NCBI GenBank assembly: GCA_965204755.1
Contig: OZ242011.1
Span: 544,001-608,000 of the forward strand
Direction of reading: 5' to 3'
Origin: Candidatus Marinacidobacterium sp.
GTDB lineage: Bacteria > Acidobacteriota > Vicinamibacteria > Marinacidobacterales > Marinacidobacteraceae
DNA: 64,000 bases
The notes under the pieces are model-generated. The model was given only the letters and a program-made list of their open reading frames with translations, searched no databases and was not told the DNA's origin. The position numbers and the translations under genes are program-made. This document shows, in pieces, positions 27,931-36,590 of the stretch; the first letter of the stretch is position 1; the number at the start of each line of letters is the position of its first letter.

Positions 27931-28961
27931 ACGGCGGCGGTCGGGTCGGCCGGCGGGTGGGCCGGCGGGTCGGTCGGGGAATCGGTCGGGTCGGCCTTCG
28001 GCCCGCCGGGGGCGTCCGCGCGGCGCGGTTCGCCGGGGCGGCGGCAGTCCCGGCGGGAGTCCCGGCGGGAGTCACTGCGGGAGTCTTGGCCGCCGCGCTG
28101 GCGCTCGGGAGTTGCGGCTCGCGGGTCGAGGAGGAGTCGCGGGAGACCCTGCGCGAGACCGGCGCGTCGGCGCTGTCGGTGGAGTTGGACCGGGGGACGG
28201 TGGAAGTCGCCGGACACGCCGGGAGCGAAGTGGAGATCGAGGTCCACCGCGCCGCCCAGGGCTGGTCGCGGGAAGCGGCGCGTTCGTCGCTCGACGCGAT
28301 GCTGGTGGAAACGCGCCTCGACCCGGCGACCGGCGAGTTGACCGTCCGGGGCCGGACGGCGAACGCCGGGCTCTACCGGCCGGGCGAATCGCGGTCGCTC
28401 CGGCTGGAGGTCCGGGCGCCGGCCGGCCTCCCGCTGGAAGTGCGCACCGGCGACGGGCGGATCGAACTCGAAGGGCTGAGCGGGGCGGTCCGCGCCATGA
28501 CCGCCGACGGGCGGATCCGGGCGTCGAGCCTCGGCGCGGGCGGGGACGGCCCCCCGGCGCGGCTGCGCACCGGGAGCGGGCGCATCACCGCGGACGACCT
28601 CGAAGGCGCGGTGGTCGCCGAGACCGGGCGGGGGCGGATCCGGATCGAGGGCCGGCTGACGGAAGTTACGGCGGTCTCCGGTTCCGGCAACATCGTGGTG
28701 GAGGCGACCGGGGCCGGGTCGGCGCCGCGCGGGGTCTGGCGGCTCCGCGCCGGGGACGGCGATGTCCGGCTGCTCCTGCCGGAGGCGGCGTCGGCCTCGC
28801 TCTCGGTGGTCGCCGACCGCTGGACGACCGGGGAACGCAACACCCTCGCCTGGCGCCGCCGGGGCATCGCGCGGGTGGCGGAACTCGGGGACGGCGCCGG
28901 CGCCCGGATCCTGGTCCGCGCCGACGACGAGGCCGAAGTCTCCGTCGGCCCCCGCCGCTGA
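27927..28961 (+). CDS. DUF4097-type beta-strand repeat lipoprotein
   Basis: Lipobox LGSC; repeats TGDGRI / TADGRI / TGSGRI / SGSGNI; ATGA coupling. Confidence 0.72.
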   Translation: MNGGGRVGRRVGRRVGRGIGRVGLRPAGGVRAARFAGAAAVPAGVPAGVTAGVLAAALALGSCGSRVEEESRETLRETGASALSVELDRGTVEVAGHAGSEVEIEVHRAAQGWSREAARSSLDAMLVETRLDPATGELTVRGRTANAGLYRPGESRSLRLEVRAPAGLPLEVRTGDGRIELEGLSGAVRAMTADGRIRASSLGAGGDGPPARLRTGSGRITADDLEGAVVAETGRGRIRIEGRLTEVTAVSGSGNIVVEATGAGSAPRGVWRLRAGDGDVRLLLPEAASASLSVVADRWTTGERNTLAWRRRGIARVAELGDGAGARILVRADDEAEVSVGPRR

Positions 28962-29179
28962 CCCGCGCCCGCCGTAACGTGGCGCCGGCGAGCGCTTCAG
29001 AACGGCAACGACAGCCGGCGCCGCTGAGCGCTGCGCTCTTCATCGACGCCATTACCATCCTCCCGCTCGTCTCCGATTGCACCGCCCACGCCTCGGTCAC
29101 CGTATTCACACCGGCGCCGGCCGCCAGATTCCCGAATACCGCCAACGCTGCTTCGCCCGTGGCTTCCCACGCGCCGGCG

Positions 29180-30265
29180 ATGCCGGGAGCCGAAGACAGC
29201 GGCGAATCCACCGGAAGACGCGCAGCCCCGATGGGACGCTTGGCTGCCTCGAAACGACGCCGAACCCTCGTCGTTATCGCCATCCTGCTCGGCCCGATCG
29301 GGTGGGCAGCCTTGGCCATCATCCACTACCGGGAGCCCATCAGGGCTTTCTCCAAAAACGCTTGGCGCGCACTCGCAGACGCTGCCCGGTCGGCATTCGC
29401 CTTGTCGGGTCGAACCCCCTCGCCAGCGCCGGAATCACCGACTTCGTCGCCCACCGCTTGGGCGGACAGTTCCCCGGAACCGAGACCGCCCCGTGCTTCC
29501 GCGCCACAGCCAAAGGGCGCTTCACCGCCGTCCCCGACCCCCAAACCGGAGGACGAACACCTCCGGCGCTCCGGTGCCCCGCTCCCGAGCACGGCCCGCA
29601 CGGAGGCCCCGGAGTACACCGTCGCCAAAGCCATGGATCTCGACCTCCTCGACGACATCGAGGCGGCGCTCGCTCGGGCCCTCGCCGAGGGAACGACCGT
29701 CTCACAGTTCCAGAAGGACCTCGCTCCACTTCTCCAGCGGAAAGGCTGGTGGGGACAGAAGGAAGTGGTCGATCCGCGAACGGGCAGGCGGGTCACTGTC
29801 CAACTGGGCAACCCCGACCTTCTCCGCGCCATCTACCGGTCCAACATCCGCGCCGCCCGCACCGCGGGCGTTTGGGAGCGCGCCCAGCGCACCAAGGGGT
29901 CCCTCCCCTTCTTCCTCTACGAACTCGGACCGAGCAGACAACCGAGAAAAGAGCACAAAGCCTGGGCGGGCACGATGCTGCCGGTGGACGATCCGTGGTG
30001 GGACGACCACTTCCCGCCGAACGGCTGGGGCTGCAAGTGCAGGGTCCGCCAAATCAGCAAGCGCGAAGCCCAACGGCGGGGCGGCCCAACGACACGCCCC
30101 GCCCGGAAGCCGACGGAGTGGCTGGACCGCCGAACCGGAAGCGTCGTGATCGTGGACGCAGGTCTCGACCCCGCTTGGGCATCGAACACCGGAAAGACCG
30201 GGCGCCGGTTCTTCGGGTTCCTCGCTCATCATGAGCGGTTGACTTGGCAAATCGTTGAAAAATAA
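29180..30265 (+). CDS. Phage Mu gpF-like (MuF, minor head morphogenesis) domain protein with N-terminal hydrophobic helix and Pro-rich linker; start 29180 or 29231
   Basis: TVAKAMDLDLLDDI...FQKDLAPLLQRKGWWG...IYRSNIRAARTAGVW...R.EH.AW.G..LPVDDPWWDDHFPPNGWGCKCRV. Confidence 0.8.
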   Translation: MPGAEDSGESTGRRAAPMGRLAASKRRRTLVVIAILLGPIGWAALAIIHYREPIRAFSKNAWRALADAARSAFALSGRTPSPAPESPTSSPTAWADSSPEPRPPRASAPQPKGASPPSPTPKPEDEHLRRSGAPLPSTARTEAPEYTVAKAMDLDLLDDIEAALARALAEGTTVSQFQKDLAPLLQRKGWWGQKEVVDPRTGRRVTVQLGNPDLLRAIYRSNIRAARTAGVWERAQRTKGSLPFFLYELGPSRQPRKEHKAWAGTMLPVDDPWWDDHFPPNGWGCKCRVRQISKREAQRRGGPTTRPARKPTEWLDRRTGSVVIVDAGLDPAWASNTGKTGRRFFGFLAHHERLTWQIVEK

Positions 30266-30382
30266 GCCCATCGCATCCCGCGCTACGCCGGCGCGACTCG
30301 AAACGGCCCCGATCCGCCGGATCGCCAAAGAAGAGACGAGGTGGCGAGTCTCATTGCAAAGCAGAGTCATGTCGTTAGCATA

Positions 30383-30410
30383 TTGATAAATATTTACACA
30401 TTGTTATAAT
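30383..30410 (+). promoter_or_regulatory. Near-consensus sigma-70 promoter of the RM operon
   Basis: TTGATA, 16-nt spacer, TATAAT with extended -10 TGn, in a strongly AT-rich patch 9 nt before the TTG start at 30420. Confidence 0.75.
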
Positions 30411-30419
30411 GCCGACATC

Positions 30420-31109
30420 TTGCGCCTCTCCGAACTCGCCTCCGTCTCGCCGGGAATGGCCCGGTCGGGGCGGGGCGCCGGCGCCCGTCCGGGAGACTGG
30501 ATGCTGTCCCTCGTGGAGAGCCGGAACCTGCGGGGCGGCCGGCTCGATCTGGACGGCCTGCGCCGGGTGGGCGTCGTCCGGAACGCCTGGAGCGAGCGGC
30601 ACCTGCTGCGTCCCCACGATGTGCTGGTCACGGCGCGCGCCGAGTCCGTCCGGGTCGCGCTGACCCCGCCCGGCGTCTCCCGGACGGCGGCGGGGGCGAC
30701 GGTGCTCGTCGTCCGCGCCGGGGATCCGGGGTCGGGCCTCGCCCACTGGCTCCGGCTCTACCTCGGCTCCGGCGTGGGCCGGGCGCGGATCCTCCGGCGG
30801 ATGACCACCGGCGTCGCGACCCCGCTGCTCACCGCCGCCGCGCTGGGCGAGGTGGAAACGCCCGTCCCGTCGGCGCGGCGCCTCCGTACCATTCCCGCCC
30901 TCGTGGAGACCCTGGAAGCGGCGCGGGAGGCGGAGGTTCGGGCGAGCCTCGGCCGGGAGGCGCTGGTGGACGCGCTGGTCGCCGACCTCGGCGGCCCCGA
31001 CCGGAGGGACCCCGGCGCCGCCGGACGGGGCTCGGCTCTCGGGAAGCGGGAGTCGGGCGCCGCCGACCGGGTGGATTCCCCCGCCTGGGCGGCGCGGGGG
31101 ATGGACTGA
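30420..31109 (+). CDS. Half-size HsdS-like protein (single TRD plus helix)
   Basis: MRLSELASVSPG, LLRPHDVLV, WLRLYLGS..GR, LGEVETPVPS followed by a long helix; lies immediately 5' of hsdM. Confidence 0.65.
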   Translation: MRLSELASVSPGMARSGRGAGARPGDWMLSLVESRNLRGGRLDLDGLRRVGVVRNAWSERHLLRPHDVLVTARAESVRVALTPPGVSRTAAGATVLVVRAGDPGSGLAHWLRLYLGSGVGRARILRRMTTGVATPLLTAAALGEVETPVPSARRLRTIPALVETLEAAREAEVRASLGREALVDALVADLGGPDRRDPGAAGRGSALGKRESGAADRVDSPAWAARGMD

Positions 31110-31116
31110 GTCCGCC

Positions 31117-32697
31117 ATGCCGCTGAGCCAGAAGGAACTCGAGCAGAAACTCTGGCAGGCCGCCGACCTGCTCCGCGGGCAGATCGACGCCGCCGACTAC
31201 AAGAACTACATCTTCTCCATCCTCTACCTGAAGCGGCTGTCGGACCGCTTCGCGGAGGAAGTCGAGGAAGCGGTCCACGGCCCGGACCGCGTCCCGCGGG
31301 AGGCGGCGCTCTCCGACGCGGACGAGCACGAGTTCTTCGTCCCCGAAGAAGCCCGCTGGCCGGCGCTCACCGCGCCCGGCATGGCCCTCGGCGAGCGGCT
31401 GAACATGGCGAGCCACGCCGTCGAAGACGCGAACGACCGCCTCGAAGGCGTCCTCACCACGACGAATTGGAACGACGAGTCCAAACTCGGCAGCCCGGCC
31501 AACCGCGAACGCATCCTCCGCAGTCTGCTCGACCACTTCGGCGCGCTCGACCTGAGCGACCGGAACCTGGTCGGCGACGACGGCGCCGGCGCCGGGAATG
31601 TGCTCGGCGACGCCTACGAATACCTGATCCACCAGTTCGCCGACGACGCCGGCAAGAAAGGCGGCGAGTTCTACACGCCGCGTTCGGTCGTCCGCCTGAT
31701 CGTGGAGTTGCTGCGCCCGGAAGAGGGAATGCGCATCTGCGACCCCACCGCGGGGTCCGGCGGGATGCTCATCTTCACCGCGCAACATGTCGCGGAGCGG
31801 GGCGGCAATGTCGAGAACCTGACGCTCCACGGCCAGGAACGAAACCTCGGGACGCTCGCCGCCGGGAAACTCAACCTGCTGCTGCACGGGCTCCGCGCCG
31901 CGCGGCTCGAAGCCGGGGATGTGATCGCCGAACCGGGCCTGGTGGACCGGGAGGGCCGCCTGTTCGCCTACGACCGGGTGATCGCCAATCCCCCGTTCAG
32001 CCTGAAGAACTGGGGCCACGACTTCGCCCCCCACGACCCGCACCACCGGTTCGACCGGTACGGGGCGATCCCGCCCCGGACGCGCGGCGACCTGGCGTTC
32101 CTCCTCCACATGCTGGCGGTGACGAATCCCGGGGGAATGGTGGGCGTGGTGATGCCGCACGGCGTGCTCTTCCGGGGCGGCGCCGAAGGGAAGATCCGCC
32201 GGGGCATCGTCGAGGACGACCGGTTCGAGGCGGTGATCGGGCTCGCGCCCAACCTGTTCTTCGGCGCCGGCATCCCGGTGGCGGTGCTGGTGCTGAACCG
32301 CGCCAAACCGCCGGAGCGCCGGGGGAAGGTGCTGTTCGTGGACGCCGCGCAGCCGGAGTGCTTCCGCAAGGGCACGGCGCAGAACCATCTCGATCCGGAA
32401 CATGTTTCGCGGATCGCGGAGGCGTACCACGCCTTCGAGGAAGTGGAGCGGTTCGCCCATGTGGCCGACCGCGACGAAATCGCCGCCAACGACTTCAACC
32501 TGAACATCGCCAGGTATGTGGACACCTCCGAACCGCCGGAGGTGATGAGCGTCGAACGGGCGCTCGCCGAGTTGCGCGAAGCCGAACGCCGCCGCGAAGA
32601 AGCCGCGGCGAAGATGCATGCGCTCCTCGCGGAAATGGGCTTCACCGCGCCGGACGACTCCTCCGAGTCCGGCAAGCGCACGCCCGACAACCGCTGA
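31117..32697 (+). CDS. hsdM: Type I RM N6-adenine methyltransferase
   Basis: LWQAADLLRG, GEFYTP, DPTAGSGG (motif I), ANPPF (motif IV), PHGVLFRG, FNLNIARYV. Confidence 0.95.
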   Translation: MPLSQKELEQKLWQAADLLRGQIDAADYKNYIFSILYLKRLSDRFAEEVEEAVHGPDRVPREAALSDADEHEFFVPEEARWPALTAPGMALGERLNMASHAVEDANDRLEGVLTTTNWNDESKLGSPANRERILRSLLDHFGALDLSDRNLVGDDGAGAGNVLGDAYEYLIHQFADDAGKKGGEFYTPRSVVRLIVELLRPEEGMRICDPTAGSGGMLIFTAQHVAERGGNVENLTLHGQERNLGTLAAGKLNLLLHGLRAARLEAGDVIAEPGLVDREGRLFAYDRVIANPPFSLKNWGHDFAPHDPHHRFDRYGAIPPRTRGDLAFLLHMLAVTNPGGMVGVVMPHGVLFRGGAEGKIRRGIVEDDRFEAVIGLAPNLFFGAGIPVAVLVLNRAKPPERRGKVLFVDAAQPECFRKGTAQNHLDPEHVSRIAEAYHAFEEVERFAHVADRDEIAANDFNLNIARYVDTSEPPEVMSVERALAELREAERRREEAAAKMHALLAEMGFTAPDDSSESGKRTPDNR

Positions 32698-32710
32698 GGG
32701 CCTCGCTGGA

Positions 32711-34102
32711 ATGGCCTTGCCCGCACCGCCTCCCGAACCACCCGGCTCGGGGACCGGCGTCTCGGGAAGCGGACGCCGCAGGTCGCCCAATTTCGGGGAC
32801 GCAGCCGAACTTCTGGAGTTCTACGGGTGGCGTGAAAGCCGGGCGAACGGTCAGCGGATGTACCGGCATACCGTCGAGGCGGAAGAAGACGATCCCCGTC
32901 CCGCGCCCGAACCGGCCAAGCGCCGGGAACCGACCACCGAGCAGCGACCTCGGCGCCGACCCGCGCTCGTCGGTCAGCGCGGAGCGCTCGACCGGGAACG
33001 CCGGGAGTCGAGGCGCGCCTTTCCTGTCGTCGTGAAGCGCGGCCGCCGTGAATTCGGCGCGTACGCCCCGGAAGTCCCGGGGTCGTTCGTCGTCGAACGC
33101 ACCCCCGCCGACGCCCGGCGACGGGTCGAGGAGGCGATCGCAACGCATCTCCGGTTGCTCGGCGAGATGGGGGACGAACTTCCCGAACCGGACCCCGAAG
33201 TCGCCCGCGCGCTGGCCCGCGTCACCGATCCGGATTCGAGGCTTCCGCGCGACCCGAATGTCGAGGTCGTCACGGTGGAGGTCGGCCCGGAGGACGCTCC
33301 GCCCGACGCGCCGAGTAGCCCGCCGTCAGACCCGACGACTCCTCGGGAACCTCGGCGCGAGACCTTCGTGGCGATCCTCGGGAAGACCGCCAGGAACTAC
33401 TCCGGGGAGGCGCCCGACCTCGGCGCCTGTGTCGCCGCCGGCGACACGATGGACGAGTTGCGGTCGAAACTGGCGCGAGCGATCTCGGCCCATGTCCAGG
33501 CCATGGTGGACGACGGCGACCCCCTGCCCGAGCGCCGCCTTACCCCGGAGGAAGCCTTGGCGCAGCGAAGCGGAGGGCGCGGCGGCGACTCGGCCGGTCG
33601 GTCTGACCCCGACGAGGAGAGGGAGGTCGCGGAACTCCTGACCGTCGAGGTGCTGCCGCCCCGCCCGCAGGCCTTGGCGCTGAACGCACTGTGGCGCCGA
33701 TCGTGCCGGAACGAGTCTTCCTTCGAGGCGGACTGCGTCATACCGGCGCCGCTCGCGGCCGGCGAGACCTGGAGCGGCGCTTACGCCGCGGACCTCCTCT
33801 ACGCGGACGACATCTGGTACGGCCGGATCGCCGAGTGGCAGTACGCCGTAGAGACGGGCGAGAGCCGCGAAGAACTCCGCCGGAACCTGCAGGCCGCGGT
33901 CACCCGCGCCCTCCTCGAGTCCGTCGCCAACGACGGGACGATCCCCCTGCCTCGTCGCACGGCAGAGTCGGCGCTGGCCCAACGCCTTCTCCGCCGGGCC
34001 GGCAGGGGGAACGACGAGATCCTCGACCGCGACGAGGCCGTCGAGATGATTCCGGTCCGGATCACGGCGCCGGAAGCCGCCGTCTCGCGTCGAGGCGAAT
34101 GA
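32711..34102 (+). CDS. Triple HicB-like domain protein with HicA-like N-terminal remnant
   Basis: Three units: FPVVV..FGAYAPEVPGS, FVAIL..YSGEAPDLGACVAAGDTMDE, YAADL..WYGRI..GESREELRRNL, each ending in a (D/E/T)-(L/P/I)-P motif. Confidence 0.75.
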   Translation: MALPAPPPEPPGSGTGVSGSGRRRSPNFGDAAELLEFYGWRESRANGQRMYRHTVEAEEDDPRPAPEPAKRREPTTEQRPRRRPALVGQRGALDRERRESRRAFPVVVKRGRREFGAYAPEVPGSFVVERTPADARRRVEEAIATHLRLLGEMGDELPEPDPEVARALARVTDPDSRLPRDPNVEVVTVEVGPEDAPPDAPSSPPSDPTTPREPRRETFVAILGKTARNYSGEAPDLGACVAAGDTMDELRSKLARAISAHVQAMVDDGDPLPERRLTPEEALAQRSGGRGGDSAGRSDPDEEREVAELLTVEVLPPRPQALALNALWRRSCRNESSFEADCVIPAPLAAGETWSGAYAADLLYADDIWYGRIAEWQYAVETGESREELRRNLQAAVTRALLESVANDGTIPLPRRTAESALAQRLLRRAGRGNDEILDRDEAVEMIPVRITAPEAAVSRRGE

Positions 34103-35229
34103 CCGACGCGCCGCCTTTCGTTTCCGCGCCGGAGACGGGCCGAGCGTCCCGAGAGCGCAACTACCCGGTGATCGTCCGGCGCGGGGGCGGCCGGTATGGC
34201 GCGTACGCGCCGGAAGTGCCCGGTTCGTTCGTCACGGCCGCGACGGTCGAGGACGCCCGCCGCCTGGTGCGCGACGAGATCGCCTCGCGCCTCCGGCTGC
34301 TCCTCGAAATGTCCGAAGACGAAGTCCCGGAACCGGAAGCGGAGGTGCTGGACGCGCTGGCCGAAGCCACGAACCCGAACCTCGGCCACCCGGTGGACCC
34401 GAGCGTGCGCGTCCTGGTCGTCGAAGTGGGCCCGGAAGACGCGCCGCCCGATGCCCCCTCGGTTCCGCCGCGCGAACTCGCGGTCGCGAGAACCCATCGG
34501 CCTCGGCCGGAAACCTTCGCGGCCGTCTTCACCCGAGCGCCGGACGGGTATTCCGGCGAAGTCCCGGACCTGCCCGGCTGTCTCAGCATGGGCGACACGC
34601 TGGCGGACATGCGGCGCAACATGCGCGAGGCCATCCACCTCCATGTCCAGTCCTCGGTGGACGACCACGAGCCGGTCCCGCAGCGCCGCCGCTCCCCGGC
34701 GGAAGCGCTGGCTCACTACTACGAAGACGAGGACAACGATCCGGATAACCCGTACGAGACGGCCACCTCCGAACTCGTGACGGTACCCATCCTTCCGCCC
34801 CGCCCGCAAGCCCGTCTGCTGACCGCGATGTGGCGACGAGCCTGCCGCGACAGGGACGCTTTCGAGCGGGACTCCGCGGTATGGCATCCGATCGCGCCGG
34901 GCGCGTCGTGGAGCGGGACCTACGCCGCCGTCGTCCGTCCTCTCGACGATGTCCGGTGGGGCCACTTTCCGGATGTGGCTCGTTCCCTCGCCGCCGGTCC
35001 CACCCGCGCGGAACTCCGCCGGGAACTGCGGGCCGTCCTGGTCGAGCGTCTCTTCGAGATCTTGGCGGCGGAAGGCGCCATCCCCTTGCCCCGCCGGACG
35101 CCGGCGCTGGCGATGGCCGCGGACATCCTCCACAGCGCCGGACACGGCGGCCGGGTCTCGGAGCGGGAAGCCGCAACCGAGATGATCCCGGTGGAAATCA
35201 CGGCGCCCGGCGCCGGTGGCGCCAGTTGA
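34099..35229 (+). CDS. Triple HicB-like domain protein
   Basis: YGAYAPEVPGSFVTAATVEDA, YSGEVPDLPGCLSMGDTLADMRRNMREAI, WGHFPDV..GPTRAEL; ATGA coupling. Confidence 0.78.
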   Translation: MTDAPPFVSAPETGRASRERNYPVIVRRGGGRYGAYAPEVPGSFVTAATVEDARRLVRDEIASRLRLLLEMSEDEVPEPEAEVLDALAEATNPNLGHPVDPSVRVLVVEVGPEDAPPDAPSVPPRELAVARTHRPRPETFAAVFTRAPDGYSGEVPDLPGCLSMGDTLADMRRNMREAIHLHVQSSVDDHEPVPQRRRSPAEALAHYYEDEDNDPDNPYETATSELVTVPILPPRPQARLLTAMWRRACRDRDAFERDSAVWHPIAPGASWSGTYAAVVRPLDDVRWGHFPDVARSLAAGPTRAELRRELRAVLVERLFEILAAEGAIPLPRRTPALAMAADILHSAGHGGRVSEREAATEMIPVEITAPGAGGAS

Positions 35230-35316
35230 CGCGCCCGAACCGAACAACGACCTTGCCCTCACAACGCTTCGCGCCCGTCCTCCTCCGGGACCGGCGCCTA
35301 CCGCGGGTGGGGGCGT

Positions 35317-35523
35317 ATGTCGAAAAAGGTCCGTGACATCGTCAAGATCTTGAAGAAACACGGCTGGAGGCTCGACTACATCGAGGGGAGCCACCACCAC
35401 TACACTCACCCGACGATCCCCGACAAGGTCTCGGTCCCCGGCACCCGCAACAAGGACTTGGGGGTGGGTCTCTGGCAACGCATCATGAAGCAGGCGCAGA
35501 TCCCGCGCAGCGAGTGGCCATGA
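35317..35523 (+). CDS. hicA: HicA family mRNA interferase toxin
   Basis: 68 aa, basic; KVRDIVKILKKHGW...GSHHHYTHP...VSVP...DLGVG...IMKQA. Confidence 0.9.
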   Translation: MSKKVRDIVKILKKHGWRLDYIEGSHHHYTHPTIPDKVSVPGTRNKDLGVGLWQRIMKQAQIPRSEWP

Positions 35524-36590
35524 AGCAGACCTTCGCCATCGTCGTCGAACGCGCCCCGAACGGCTACGGGGCGTACGCGCCGGACCTGCCGGCCTCCTTC
35601 GTCACCGCGGAGACTCTCGAAGGCGCCTTCCGCGGCGCGAGGGCGGCCCTGGCTTCCTATCTCCGCCTCTTCGCGGAGATGGGAGACCGGCTGCCGCAGC
35701 CGCGCCCGGAAACCGCGCCGGCGCTGGAACGCGCCAACCGAACGGCGGCGGGCAGCCCCGCCGACCCGGGCGTCCGCGTCCTGCTCGCGGAAATCGGGCC
35801 CGACGACGCGCCGCCGTCGCCGCGCTCCCTCCGGCCGCTGACGCCGCCCGCTTCGCCCCGCCGACGAGAGACCTTCGCGGTCGTGTTCGAGTCCGGCGAC
35901 AACGGCTTCGGCGCCTATTGCCCGGATCTTCCCGGCTGCGTCAGCATCGGGGACACGGACGGCGAAGCCCGCGAGACGATGCGCGCCGGACTCGCGGACT
36001 TCGTCCAGCGCCTGGTGGACGACGGCGAACCGGTCCCGACGAAGCGGCTGTCCGTCGAAGCGGCGCTGGCGGCCCACCACCGGGAATACGGAACCGCCGA
36101 CTCGCCTCCGGACGACGGGCGGGTTTTCGCCGAGCCGATCACCGTGGAAGTGCGGCCGCCCCGCCCCGGCGCCCGGCGACGGCGCGAACTGTGGCGCGAC
36201 GCGCACCGCCGGAGGATCGAGTTCGAGGAACGCGCCTCCCCGACCGCGCCGCTCGCCCCCGGCGCCTGTCGCTGCGACGCTTGGGCCGCCGTCTTCGAGA
36301 CGGCCGCCGACGGGGTGACCGCCCATGTCCCGGACCTGCCGGCCTGCCGCGCCGAGGGAGGAAGCCCGGAAGTCGCCCGCGCCCGCCTCCGCGACGCCAT
36401 CGCCGATCACCTGGAACGGCGGCGCGAGGCCGAGGGCGTGATACCCCTGCCCCGACGGACGCCGACCCGGGCGCTGGCTCACCACCACCGGGAGTGCGTG
36501 GAGTACGGACTCGAAGTCCCGGACCCCGACGCGACCGTCGAGTTGATTCCGGTCGAAGTCGCTGCCCCGTCCATCGCCTGCGCCAGTTGA
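35520..36590 (+). CDS. Triple HicB-like domain protein (cognate antitoxin position)
   Basis: ATGA-coupled to hicA; YGAYAPDLPASFVTAETLEGA, FGAYCPDLPGCVSIGDTDGEA, VTAHVPDLPACRAEGGSPEVA; no recognisable HTH/RHH. Confidence 0.82.
   Translation: MKQTFAIVVERAPNGYGAYAPDLPASFVTAETLEGAFRGARAALASYLRLFAEMGDRLPQPRPETAPALERANRTAAGSPADPGVRVLLAEIGPDDAPPSPRSLRPLTPPASPRRRETFAVVFESGDNGFGAYCPDLPGCVSIGDTDGEARETMRAGLADFVQRLVDDGEPVPTKRLSVEAALAAHHREYGTADSPPDDGRVFAEPITVEVRPPRPGARRRRELWRDAHRRRIEFEERASPTAPLAPGACRCDAWAAVFETAADGVTAHVPDLPACRAEGGSPEVARARLRDAIADHLERRREAEGVIPLPRRTPTRALAHHHRECVEYGLEVPDPDATVELIPVEVAAPSIACAS

Noticed and set aside
28666-29322. Minus-strand 218-aa ORF at the island's left edge
   Set aside because: Overlaps the DUF4097 gene and the MuF ORF on the opposite strand and has no recognisable motif. 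It cannot be supported, though a decayed phage fragment is not excluded.
28980-30400. Intact prophage
   Set aside because: Only a single MuF-domain gene; no integrase, terminase, portal, capsid or tail genes are seen.
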